Shown: positions 26,140-35,003 of the stretch, one piece after another
Position numbering within the stretch: the stretch's first letter is position 1
Layout: the number at the start of each line of letters is the position of its first letter
Translations under genes and position numbers: made by a program
NCBI GenBank assembly: GCA_039180205.1
Contig: JBCDDR010000001.1
Span: 1-38,463, forward strand
Direction of reading: 5' to 3'
DNA: 38,463 bases
Source: Pseudomonadota bacterium
GTDB lineage: Bacteria; Pseudomonadota; Alphaproteobacteria; Sphingomonadales; JBCDDR01
The notes under the pieces: model-generated
Told to the model about the DNA's origin: nothing
Seen by the model: only the letters and a program-made list of their open reading frames with translations
Database searches by the model: none

Positions 26140-28515
26140 TCAACGTTCAGGGGCAGACTTGAGATGCCGGTCGAAAAACCGGAAAATCGTCTCATAAAGA
26201 TGCTTCTGACGGGTCTTACCCCGAATGCCATGGCGCTGCCCCGGATACGTCATCATCTCAAAAGGGATCGCGCGTTCCTGTAAAAAGGCATAGAGCCGGG
26301 TGGAATTGTCGAAGGTGACGTTATCATCCGCCATCCCGTGGATCATCAACAGCGGCGTCGAAATGCCGTCTGCATGCGCGAGCACGCGTGATTTTTCATA
26401 CCCGACTGCATTTGTTTCAGGATGACCGAGATAGCGCTCGGTATAATGCGTGTCATAAAGCGTCCAGTCGGTCACAGGGGCCCCGGAGACAGCTGCCGCG
26501 AATTCCTCGCCGGCTTTTGACGCCAACATCAGCGTCATATAGCCCCCATAGCTCCATCCCCAAACACCGACGCGAGCTGGGTCGACAAAGGGCCGTGCCT
26601 TCAGAAACTGAACACCGGCTAACTGATCCGCGACTTCGACTTCGCCCAGGTGTCGCGAGATTGCGGTCTCAAAGGCAACGCCTCGATTATCGCTCCCCCG
26701 GTTGTCGATCCGGAAGACGACATAACCGCGCTCGGTGAAAATCTGGTCCAAAAGACGGCGCCAGCCGCGCTGTACCGTCTGTACATGCGGCCCCCCATAG
26801 ACGTGCAAGATTGCAGGGTATTTTTTGTTGGGGTCAAAATCATGCGGCTTCGCCAATTCGTAATGAAGCGTCACACCATCTTCATTTTGAAGTGTATCAA
26901 ACTCGCGAAGTGGCGCCCGACCTGCGTAGGGGACGTAGGGATGGTCGCCCTCGACCTTGTTTTCAGCAAGCCAGGTGATCACATCGCCCGCCTGGTCAAA
27001 CAGACCGATTTGCGGGGGCTGATCCGGCCGCGACCGCGATGCCAGAAATTGCCCGGTCAGTGCCTTCTCGACCTCCCCATTTGATACTGCCGGGCGGAAA
27101 TCGAATCCATACCAATCGGCACCATCGACAATGGTTTTCAGCGGGGCATTGTTATCTCGATAGGAAACCGCATAGAGCCATTCGGCAAGCGGATCATCGC
27201 GGTTTGCGGAAAAAAAGACCTGTCCGCTGGCTTCATCGATTCGTTCAATCGCCTTCACCGACCAATCGCCGTCGGTGACCTGCCGAACGACCTCTCCGCC
27301 GCCATCCATCAAATAGATGTGGCGGAACCCGTCTCGCTCAGATGTCCAGAGATAGCCATCACCTTCAGCAAGTGGTTTCAGGTCATTTGTGAGATTAATC
27401 CAATGAACGGCATCTTCGTTCCAAAGCGGCGCCGCAGAACCCGTGGCGACATCATACCGTGTCAAAGTCAGTTTTTGTTGCGAGCGCGGTTGGGTTTGTA
27501 CGATGAGATGTTGATTGTCCGGGTGCCACGTCACACGCGCGAGATATTCAGTGCCGTCAGGCAGGGGTAAATCTATCGACTTGGCTGATTGGAGGTCAAA
27601 CAGCTTGAGCTCGACCATGGCATTGGTTGCACCGGCTCGCGGATAACGCTGCTGAACGACATCAACGCCTCCCGCGCCAATGTCATAGCGCGGAATGATC
27701 TCAACCCCGCTTTCATCGACCTTGGTAACGGCAATGAACTGATCATCGCCCGACCACCAGTAGCCCGTGTACCGACGCATTTCTTCCTGAGCTACAAATT
27801 CGGCAACGCCATAGCTGATCGCGCCCGCCCCCGCAGTTGTGACCGCTCGTTCGCGGTTTTTGGCCAGGTCATAAATCAACAGGTTCTGATCCCGAACAAA
27901 AGAAACATACCCACCGCCAGGCGAAAAACGTGCATCGGTTTCAAAGCTCGGGTTGCTGGTGATTTGCTCGATGCGTACGTCACCGTTATCAGCGTCACCG
28001 CCGATGTGCGCGAGAAACAAATCACCCGAAAGGGGTACCAAAACCTTCGTACCGTCTGGATGCCAGCTGTATTCAACAATTCCCGATGACTGTATTCGCT
28101 TACGCTCGCGACGCGCTTTTTCAGCCTCGGAAAGGGCAACAGCTTCAAACGAGGCTGAGTCGACGAGAACCCGGTGTTCACCCGCCGCAATCTCGTAGAC
28201 CCATAGGTCATTGGTGAGATAATCCCCGTCTTTTGGCTTGAGATAACTGACAAAACGGCCGTCTGGCGAAAAGCGCGCAAGCGACGGGACGGCGCCGTTC
28301 AGGTCGGGGTCGGAAAACAGGCGTTCGATCGTCAATGGTAGGTCTGACGGGGGGGAAGAAGCGAGCATAGGATCGGATACACTTTCATGGAGGGCAAGTT
28401 CCGCGCGCGGTGCGGCCGTGACTGACGACGGGGAAGTGACGACTGTCACCAAAGCGAGCGGCAGGGTGAGCTGCCGAATAATTTGAAGGGTTTTCACGTG
28501 CGCGGGGTCTTTCAT
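26140..28515 (-). CDS. S9-family serine peptidase, dipeptidyl-peptidase IV type
   Basis: 791 aa. Has a signal peptide, a DPP-IV N-terminal propeller region, the catalytic Ser motif GWSYGGYM, and downstream Asp/His (MADDNV, GQRHG). Confidence 0.9.
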   Translation of the reverse strand: MKDPAHVKTLQIIRQLTLPLALVTVVTSPSSVTAAPRAELALHESVSDPMLASSPPSDLPLTIERLFSDPDLNGAVPSLARFSPDGRFVSYLKPKDGDYLTNDLWVYEIAAGEHRVLVDSASFEAVALSEAEKARRERKRIQSSGIVEYSWHPDGTKVLVPLSGDLFLAHIGGDADNGDVRIEQITSNPSFETDARFSPGGGYVSFVRDQNLLIYDLAKNRERAVTTAGAGAISYGVAEFVAQEEMRRYTGYWWSGDDQFIAVTKVDESGVEIIPRYDIGAGGVDVVQQRYPRAGATNAMVELKLFDLQSAKSIDLPLPDGTEYLARVTWHPDNQHLIVQTQPRSQQKLTLTRYDVATGSAAPLWNEDAVHWINLTNDLKPLAEGDGYLWTSERDGFRHIYLMDGGGEVVRQVTDGDWSVKAIERIDEASGQVFFSANRDDPLAEWLYAVSYRDNNAPLKTIVDGADWYGFDFRPAVSNGEVEKALTGQFLASRSRPDQPPQIGLFDQAGDVITWLAENKVEGDHPYVPYAGRAPLREFDTLQNEDGVTLHYELAKPHDFDPNKKYPAILHVYGGPHVQTVQRGWRRLLDQIFTERGYVVFRIDNRGSDNRGVAFETAISRHLGEVEVADQLAGVQFLKARPFVDPARVGVWGWSYGGYMTLMLASKAGEEFAAAVSGAPVTDWTLYDTHYTERYLGHPETNAVGYEKSRVLAHADGISTPLLMIHGMADDNVTFDNSTRLYAFLQERAIPFEMMTYPGQRHGIRGKTRQKHLYETIFRFFDRHLKSAPER

Positions 28516-28542
28516 CGGTCAACAGGAGCATGGGCCCAACAG

Positions 28543-28573
28543 AAAAAAGCACCTGCGGTAAAACCGCAAGTGC
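28543..28573 (-). terminator. Rho-independent terminator-like hairpin
   Basis: On the minus strand, GCACUUGCGG-uuuua-CCGCAGGUGC forms a 10-bp stem with one G-U pair, followed by TTTTTT (28548-28543). It lies 120 nt downstream of the YHS gene stop and only 27 nt upstream of the DPP-IV start. Confidence 0.8.
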
Positions 28574-28693
28574 TCTTTCAGATTGTAATCTAGATTTGCT
28601 GCCCGCTCGGTGTTCAGCGGACGTCAACCAAGGTTTCTCTGGTGACAGGCGATCCCTTAGGAAAGACTATCTGGAGGAAAGACTACCTCGCCC

Positions 28694-29149
28694 TTAAGAG
28701 AGGATACCCGGCCAGTTGGCATCAGCTGATTTGATATAGCCAGGCTTATCTTTGAACCACTTTTTCTGGATGCCTTTTGAGTAGTTCAAATAGAGTTTGC
28801 CTTCATGGATGTGCCACGCCTCTGGATCGGTCGGCGCCGTTTTTCCTTTTGCGGCGGCATACGCGCAGTATCCCCCATACTGCGGGGCATAAGCGGCGGG
28901 GTCAGCCTTAAACTTGTCCAGGTTTTCCTGGCTTGAAAAACGCCATTCGGCATCGTTCCAACTATAGGCGAATTCTTTTGAACCCTTCACAGGCTCACCG
29001 GCTGTAAAGTAAGCAACGGTGTCATAACCGCTGACTGCCACACTCTTTTTTTGATAAACTTCAGGTTTGGCGGCGAACGCGACCGAACCGATAAAGGCAA
29101 CCATCAAAGCCAAAAGGCCAGCCACGCCATTGCGCATAACTGCTTGCAT
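28694..29149 (-). CDS. Secreted YHS-domain protein (Cys form of the YHS-domain (seleno)protein family)
   Basis: Signal peptide, then VAVSGYDTVAYF ... APQYGGYCAYA ... KLYLNYS. 151 aa. The family name is recalled from RefSeq-style annotation. Confidence 0.75.
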   Translation of the reverse strand: MQAVMRNGVAGLLALMVAFIGSVAFAAKPEVYQKKSVAVSGYDTVAYFTAGEPVKGSKEFAYSWNDAEWRFSSQENLDKFKADPAAYAPQYGGYCAYAAAKGKTAPTDPEAWHIHEGKLYLNYSKGIQKKWFKDKPGYIKSADANWPGILS

Positions 29150-29257
29150 AATCTATCTCCTGCTAACGAACGTAAAACGAAACATATCCCAGCGATCATG
29201 GTTCGATCACCGTTGACGCTTAGATGGCTGCATATACCAAACTTGCGAATCACCTGT

Positions 29258-29292
29258 TGATCATCATTCTGTGATCATTCTGATTATTTCTG
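29258..29292. repeat. Three tandem degenerate copies of an ~11-nt unit, TGATCAT(CAT)TCTG / TGATCATTCTG / ATTATTTCTG
   Basis: Read directly in the 272-nt divergent intergenic region between the YHS gene and the RND adaptor gene. Confidence 0.6.
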
Positions 29293-29421
29293 CTATGAAA
29301 CTAATCGCAGTCTTTTTGGACTAGGTGTTTTTCGCAGGCATCGGCGTCTTGTTTGCGCTACTGTCATCTATCGGTGTTGCGAGATTTGCCAGTTTAGAGG
29401 CGTTAGGAACGGAGAGGCAGA

Positions 29422-30717
29422 GTGTCTGGAAACCTACTAAATTCCGTGAAGCGAGTGGTGCGCTGGGTGTTAAAAATGTGGGCACCACTCCTGGTCATCT
29501 TTGGCCTCTTTTCGTTGTCTTTTGCCCTCTTGGTCGGCAAGCCCGCCCCGGAAGAGCGTGCGCGCCTCGTTGAAATCCCCATCGTGCGGGTCGTCGAGGC
29601 GAATGCCGAAGACCGCAGTATCGTTGTTGAGGCACAAGGCACAGTCAGCGCTTTGCGTGAGATTGAATTCGTTCCTGAAGTGGCCGGAAAAGTTATCGAC
29701 GTTGCGCAAAATTTCGTTTCGGGTGGGTTTTTCGTTACCGGCGAAGTGCTCATAAAGATCGATCCGCGCGATGCCGAATTGCGGTTTGAACAGGCGAAAG
29801 CCGCCGCCACCCAGTTGGAAGCCCGGTTGGCGTTTCAGCGGCGCCAGGTTGGTCGACTTGAAAAGCTTGTCGGTAACGCGAGCGCGCCAGAGCAGCGTCT
29901 CGATGACGAGAAAACCACGCTCCGAACGCTTGAATTCGATGTTCGTCAGGCGCGTCTCGACCGTGATAATGCGGCACTTCAGCTGGCCAGAACCGAGGTT
30001 CGCGCCCCTTTTAACGGCCGCGTGCGGACCGAGTCGGTTGATATCGGGCAATATGTGACCCCGGGTCAATCCATGGGCCGGATCTATTCAACCGATATTG
30101 CTGAGGTGCGGCTCCCCATTACCGATCGGCAGCTTGGTTTGCTGGACCTGCCCCTTGGTCAAGCGATGATCGAAGGGCCATCGGTTAAGATCACAGGGCG
30201 GCTCGCGGGCCGCGAACGAAGCTGGCAAGGCCGGATTGTGCGGGTTGAAGGCGCTGTTGACACCTCGAGCAGAGTTTTCTTCGTGGTGGCCCATGTTGAC
30301 GATCCTTATGGACGAAAACTTTCGGAAACGATGATTGCTGAAGGGAAAGATCCCCGTTTTGTCGAAGACTCGGAGTTTCCGTTGACGGTAGGTCTCTTTG
30401 TGACCGCAGAGATTGAGGGCCGCCGGTTTGAAAAGGTATTCTCCCTTCCCCGTACTGCGCTTCGTGATGGCAATTCGGTGTTTCTGGTGGACGATGGTCG
30501 CCTCATTAGCCGTCCGGTCGAGGTTCTGCGTGATGCCCCCGAAGAGGTTGTGGTTTCAGGGGACCTGAATGACGGCATGTTGGTTGTCACGAGCCCCTTG
30601 AGCAATCCCGTTCCTGGCATGCGCGTGCAGCCCGCGGATGACCCTGAACGCGAACCCGTCTCGAAACTGCCAAGCCTGACAACACCCCAAGCCAGCAGCG
30701 TCGGCGCACCAGGCTAA
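29422..30717 (+). CDS. Efflux RND transporter periplasmic adaptor (membrane-fusion protein)
   Basis: N-terminal TM anchor, a barrel-sandwich/hairpin pattern (VRAPFNGRV) and a coiled-coil segment. 431 aa. The GTG start has GGAGAGG 6 nt upstream. Confidence 0.88.
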   Translation: MSGNLLNSVKRVVRWVLKMWAPLLVIFGLFSLSFALLVGKPAPEERARLVEIPIVRVVEANAEDRSIVVEAQGTVSALREIEFVPEVAGKVIDVAQNFVSGGFFVTGEVLIKIDPRDAELRFEQAKAAATQLEARLAFQRRQVGRLEKLVGNASAPEQRLDDEKTTLRTLEFDVRQARLDRDNAALQLARTEVRAPFNGRVRTESVDIGQYVTPGQSMGRIYSTDIAEVRLPITDRQLGLLDLPLGQAMIEGPSVKITGRLAGRERSWQGRIVRVEGAVDTSSRVFFVVAHVDDPYGRKLSETMIAEGKDPRFVEDSEFPLTVGLFVTAEIEGRRFEKVFSLPRTALRDGNSVFLVDDGRLISRPVEVLRDAPEEVVVSGDLNDGMLVVTSPLSNPVPGMRVQPADDPEREPVSKLPSLTTPQASSVGAPG

Positions 30718-30759
30718 GGAACGGCCAAGACCCAAATACAGCATAAGGATCAGTTCCGC

Positions 30760-33700
30760 ATGAATGGCATCATTGCTTGGTTTGCGAACAATAAAGTCGC
30801 CGCCAATCTGATCATGATCATCATCATCGTGTTCGGGATTGGGTCTCTGTTCAGTCTCAACAGGGAGTTTTTCCCAGCCGCGGAGGTTGAAGACGTCCGA
30901 ATCACGGTTGCTTATCCAGGCGCAAGCCCGCTCGAAACCGAAGACCGGCTTTGTATCCGCATGGAAGAGGCGGTTTTCAATCTCGACGGCGTCAAAAAAG
31001 TTGAATGTGTAGCCCGCGAAGGCTCGGCCACGGCTACCGTCAAAAAACGCTCCGATGCCGATAAGCTTAAGCTTTTGAACGATGTGAAATCGCGGATCGA
31101 CGGCATCAATACCTTCCCGCAGGAAGCCGAGCGCCCGTCGATTTCGCAGGATACCTTTCGTGCGCAAGTGATCTCGCTTTCGGTTTATGGCGATGTCACG
31201 CCACGTATCTTAAAGGAGTGGGGTGAGCAGATCCGTGACGAGGTTGCAGAGCTGCCGAGTGTCGATCTCGCTGAGCTGCGCGGTACGCTGCCCGATGAGA
31301 TTTCAATCGAAATCAGCGATGCCGGCCTACAAAGGTTTGGCCTTACATTTGAATCGGTTCGCCAGGCAATTGCCCAAAATTCAATCAACCTGTCGGCAGG
31401 CACAATTCGCTCGCAATCCGGAAACATCAACTTGCAAACGCGTGGCCAGGCCTATGACCGTCAGGACTTTGAAAATATTGTTTTGATCGACCGGCCCGAT
31501 GGCACGAAAGTGTTTGTGAAAGACGTCGCAAAGGTGATCGATGGCTTTTCCGATGGCGATGTCATCTTACGCCACAACAGTCAGCCCGCTGTTTTCGTTG
31601 AAGTCTTCGCAACAGCAAACCCCAATATTGTGCGCACCGCCGCCGCGGTGAATGAATATGCCGAAGATTTGCGCAGGCGCGTTCCCGATGGTCTGAATAT
31701 CGATGTCTGGAACGACAACTCGGAGGTGCTCCAACAGCGCACGTCATTGTTGCTTTGGAACGCATTAAGCGGGTTCCTGCTGGTCTTTCTGGTGCTGATG
31801 CTCTTCCTCCGCTTCAAGGTCGCCGCCTGGGTCGTTGTCGGGATCATCGTCGCCTTCTTGGGTGCGCTTTGGCTGCTCCAGTTTACCGGCGTCTCACTCA
31901 ATATGATTTCACTATTCGCGTTCCTTATGGTTCTCGGAATCGTCGTTGATGATGCGATCATTGTCGGTGAAGCGATCCACCGACAGACCGAGCTTGGGAT
32001 TTCCGATGCCAAGGCCGCGATTAAAGGCACGCTGAACGTCTTCAAGCCCGTTTTGTTTGCGGTGCTGACGACCATGATTGCCTTCTCGCCGATGTTATTC
32101 GTGCCTGGGCCCGCGCGTAATTTCGCGGTTGTGATCCCGATCGTTGTGATCTTGTGCTTGGGCTTTTCACTGCTGGAATCGTTACTGATCCTGCCATCGC
32201 ACTTGTCGCACCTCGGCAAGCCCAAGCCACCGCGTAATATTTTCGCCCGCGCCCTCAATTGGCTGCAAAACCAGTGCACCCGGGGGATGGATGCCTTTGT
32301 CAATCGGATTTACCAGCCCCGGCTGAAATGGGCGCTGGACCACCGTTTTGTCACGATCATCATCTTTGCACTTTGTTTCAGCGTGTCGGTTTCGATTTGG
32401 GCGGGCGGATGGCTCAAATTTAATTTCCTCCCCAACATCAGCGCAAACTTCGTTCAGGCTCAGGTGACAATGCCTGAGGGTACATCAATCGTTACCGTGC
32501 AGTCGGTTTACGAACGCGTTGAAAATGCCGCGAAGAGATTGGAAACTGATCTGAGGCGGGAGTTTCCGGATATCGCCGAACCGTTCCAATTTACAATCGG
32601 TTTCGCGGATAACAATGACCTCAGAATGTGGGTGATCACCGACGAGAAAAACGTCAAAACCCTGCCGGCTCCCATGATCACCGAACGCTGGCGCACGGAA
32701 ATCGGCGATCTTCCAGAAGCGGAAGAAGTCAAATTTTCGTCCACCTTCAACCAGGTTGGCAAGCCAATTTCGATTGCGCTTGCGTCAGACGATATCGAAG
32801 CGCTCAAAATCGCGACCGATAAAGTCAAAGACCGATTGGCCGAATTCCAGGGCGTTTATGATATTCGCGACAGCCAATCCTCGTCACGACGCGAAATTGA
32901 ATTGCTCCTCAAGCCCAATGCGCGGATTCTGGGGCTCACGCTTAGCGATTTGGCAAGCCAGGTTCGGCAGGCATTCTTCGGGGGTGAAGCGCAACGCGTG
33001 CCGCGCGGACGCGATGACGTGCGTGTTATGGTGCGGCTACCCGAAGCGGAACGACGCTCGATATCCACGCTGCAAGACCTGCGGATCCGCACGGCGACGG
33101 GTACTGAAGTCCCGCTCGAGTCAGTTGCCGAGCTTCGCTATGTGCAAGGGTTCTCAGAAATCCGTCGCGAGGACCGCAAACGTGTTTTGAAGGTGACTGC
33201 TGATGTCGCACCCGACGCCGAAAGCCCGGGCAACATCATCAAGAGCCTGTTTGAAACCGATGTACCGAAATGGCAGCGTGAGTTTCCCCAGGTTAAGATC
33301 GGACGCGACGGAGACTCGCGCGATCAGGCCGAGTTTTTCGGGGCACTCGGCCAGTATGGCTTGCTCGCCATTTTCATCATCTATGCGCTACTTGCCATCG
33401 CATTTCAGTCTTATGGCCAACCGATCATCATTCTGACTGCCATTCCGTTTGGCTATATGGGGGCGATTATCGGTCATATGATCATGGGGGTGGATCTCGC
33501 CATGTTCTCCTTCCTTGGGATTGTTGCGGCTGCTGGCGTGGTGGTGAATGATAATCTCGTGCTGATCGACGCGGTCAACCGTATGCGCCATGAAGAGGGG
33601 AAATCCCTTCGCGAGGCGCTGGAAAGAGCGGGGGGAGAGCGGTTCCGACCGATCATTTTGACCTCGCTCACTACATTTGTCGGGCTTTTCCCGATCATGA

Positions 33701-33960
33701 TGGAAACCAGCATTCAGGCCCAGTTTTTGATCCCAATGGTGATTTCACTGGGGTTCGGCGTTGCCTTTGCAACGGCCGTGACACTGATTTTAGTACCGGC
33801 GCTTTATGGGTTTGGGCATGACGTGAAATATGCGATTAAAGGCTCATCGGCATGGTTGGGGCGCGAGTTTTCCGCATCATTTGCATGGACATTCGGCGGG
33901 CTCTTCAACTGGCTATATCGGCTGGTCATCAAACAACCACCGACACCGCCGGGTGAGTAA
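30760..33960 (+). CDS. Efflux RND transporter permease (AcrB/AcrD/AcrF superfamily)
   Basis: 1066 aa with the 12-TM architecture and two large periplasmic loops. N-terminus NGIIAWFANNKVAANLIMIIIIVFG, and the conserved TM4 region VLGIVVDDAIIVGE. Confidence 0.95.
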   Translation: MNGIIAWFANNKVAANLIMIIIIVFGIGSLFSLNREFFPAAEVEDVRITVAYPGASPLETEDRLCIRMEEAVFNLDGVKKVECVAREGSATATVKKRSDADKLKLLNDVKSRIDGINTFPQEAERPSISQDTFRAQVISLSVYGDVTPRILKEWGEQIRDEVAELPSVDLAELRGTLPDEISIEISDAGLQRFGLTFESVRQAIAQNSINLSAGTIRSQSGNINLQTRGQAYDRQDFENIVLIDRPDGTKVFVKDVAKVIDGFSDGDVILRHNSQPAVFVEVFATANPNIVRTAAAVNEYAEDLRRRVPDGLNIDVWNDNSEVLQQRTSLLLWNALSGFLLVFLVLMLFLRFKVAAWVVVGIIVAFLGALWLLQFTGVSLNMISLFAFLMVLGIVVDDAIIVGEAIHRQTELGISDAKAAIKGTLNVFKPVLFAVLTTMIAFSPMLFVPGPARNFAVVIPIVVILCLGFSLLESLLILPSHLSHLGKPKPPRNIFARALNWLQNQCTRGMDAFVNRIYQPRLKWALDHRFVTIIIFALCFSVSVSIWAGGWLKFNFLPNISANFVQAQVTMPEGTSIVTVQSVYERVENAAKRLETDLRREFPDIAEPFQFTIGFADNNDLRMWVITDEKNVKTLPAPMITERWRTEIGDLPEAEEVKFSSTFNQVGKPISIALASDDIEALKIATDKVKDRLAEFQGVYDIRDSQSSSRREIELLLKPNARILGLTLSDLASQVRQAFFGGEAQRVPRGRDDVRVMVRLPEAERRSISTLQDLRIRTATGTEVPLESVAELRYVQGFSEIRREDRKRVLKVTADVAPDAESPGNIIKSLFETDVPKWQREFPQVKIGRDGDSRDQAEFFGALGQYGLLAIFIIYALLAIAFQSYGQPIIILTAIPFGYMGAIIGHMIMGVDLAMFSFLGIVAAAGVVVNDNLVLIDAVNRMRHEEGKSLREALERAGGERFRPIILTSLTTFVGLFPIMMETSIQAQFLIPMVISLGFGVAFATAVTLILVPALYGFGHDVKYAIKGSSAWLGREFSASFAWTFGGLFNWLYRLVIKQPPTPPGE

Positions 33961-34997
33961 TGGGAGACCAGCTTCGTCTCAATATACCGGATTTTGAGCC
34001 GAGGGCACCGTGGTGGTCGGGTGACCTCCAAACCGTACGCAATACATTCATCGGCGCGAATGCCGACCTCAGTCCCTGGCCAGAGAAACGCCGCGAATTT
34101 GTCTCTGGCGGGGGCGATGATGACCGCCTTGCGGGACGATATCAGGACCCGGCCGAGATGGGCGCGGATCATGCCTGTGCATCCACAAGGCAGTGGACCG
34201 CCCAACAAACCGCAAGCCGACCGCTCGTCATCCTCGTTCACGGCCTTACCGGTTCAGCCGATAGCCTGTACCTGACGCACACCGCGAAAGAACTCTTAAC
34301 GCACGGCTTTCGTGTGATGCGTCTCTCTTTGCGCGGGTCCCCTCCGGTTGCTGAGTATTGCACAAAGCAATATCACGCCGGGCTGACTGCTGATCTGGTT
34401 GCCGTTGTTGACCAATTGCCAAGCGGATGGGTGAAATCCGGGGTTATTTTTATCGGCTTTTCGCTCGGCGGCAATATGGTGATGCGCCTTGCGGGAGAGG
34501 GTCTTCTTGGCGACAGGCTCCATGGTGTTGCTTCGGTCTCTGCCCCGCTTGATCTGAAGGGGTGCCAACGCCGCATTATGCGTCCGCGTAACTGGCTCTA
34601 TCACAGGCATATTTTGAAGCTGATGGTGGAAGGTGCCGCCGCAAATGCGCTCCCCCATCAGTTGCGCCAGCGTCTTCCCGGTCTCAAAACCGTTTACGAG
34701 TTCGATGATCAGATCGTCGCGGCGCTCCACGGTTTTGAAGGGGCCGATGATTATTATGCGCGCAATTCTGCCGAAGGCGTGGTTCGCGATATCGCCTGCC
34801 CGACCCTCATCATTCATTCATGGGATGACCCATGGATCGACCCCGGCGTGTACAAGCGCCTGCGCGGTGATTTGCCTGGACATCATCACCTGGTCATGAG
34901 CGACGGCGGCGGACATCTTGGTTTTCATGTCCGCGGGCTCGAGACAACGTGGCACGACCACATTCTGACGCAGTTTTGTTTGGGAACCCTAGCGTAG
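33960..34997 (+). CDS. Alpha/beta-fold hydrolase, YheT/ABHD1-3-like
   Basis: N-terminal PWWSGDLQTV motif, nucleophile elbow GFSLGGN, and candidate Asp (SWDDPW) and His (GGGHLGF). The ATG overlaps the RND stop codon (TAATG, 33958-33962). Confidence 0.85.
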   Translation: MGDQLRLNIPDFEPRAPWWSGDLQTVRNTFIGANADLSPWPEKRREFVSGGGDDDRLAGRYQDPAEMGADHACASTRQWTAQQTASRPLVILVHGLTGSADSLYLTHTAKELLTHGFRVMRLSLRGSPPVAEYCTKQYHAGLTADLVAVVDQLPSGWVKSGVIFIGFSLGGNMVMRLAGEGLLGDRLHGVASVSAPLDLKGCQRRIMRPRNWLYHRHILKLMVEGAAANALPHQLRQRLPGLKTVYEFDDQIVAALHGFEGADDYYARNSAEGVVRDIACPTLIIHSWDDPWIDPGVYKRLRGDLPGHHHLVMSDGGGHLGFHVRGLETTWHDHILTQFCLGTLA

Positions 34998-35003
34998 TCG
35001 AGC

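Noticed and set aside
28694-29149. Selenocysteine recoding in the YHS-family gene.
   Set aside because: The ORF is uninterrupted, ends in TAA, and carries Cys in the GGYC motif. There is no in-frame TGA or adjacent SECIS-like hairpin.
29190-29215. GGTTCGATC, a T-loop-like string suggesting a tRNA or tRNA fragment.
   Set aside because: The flanks form no T-stem, and no acceptor, D or anticodon arms can be drawn. I found no other tRNA-like segment in the window.
29325-29573. 82-codon ORF with a hydrophobic N-terminus upstream of and overlapping the RND adaptor gene.
   Set aside because: It overlaps the adaptor CDS by about 150 nt in another frame. The adaptor has a strong SD-GTG start at 29422, and this ORF has no SD of its own.
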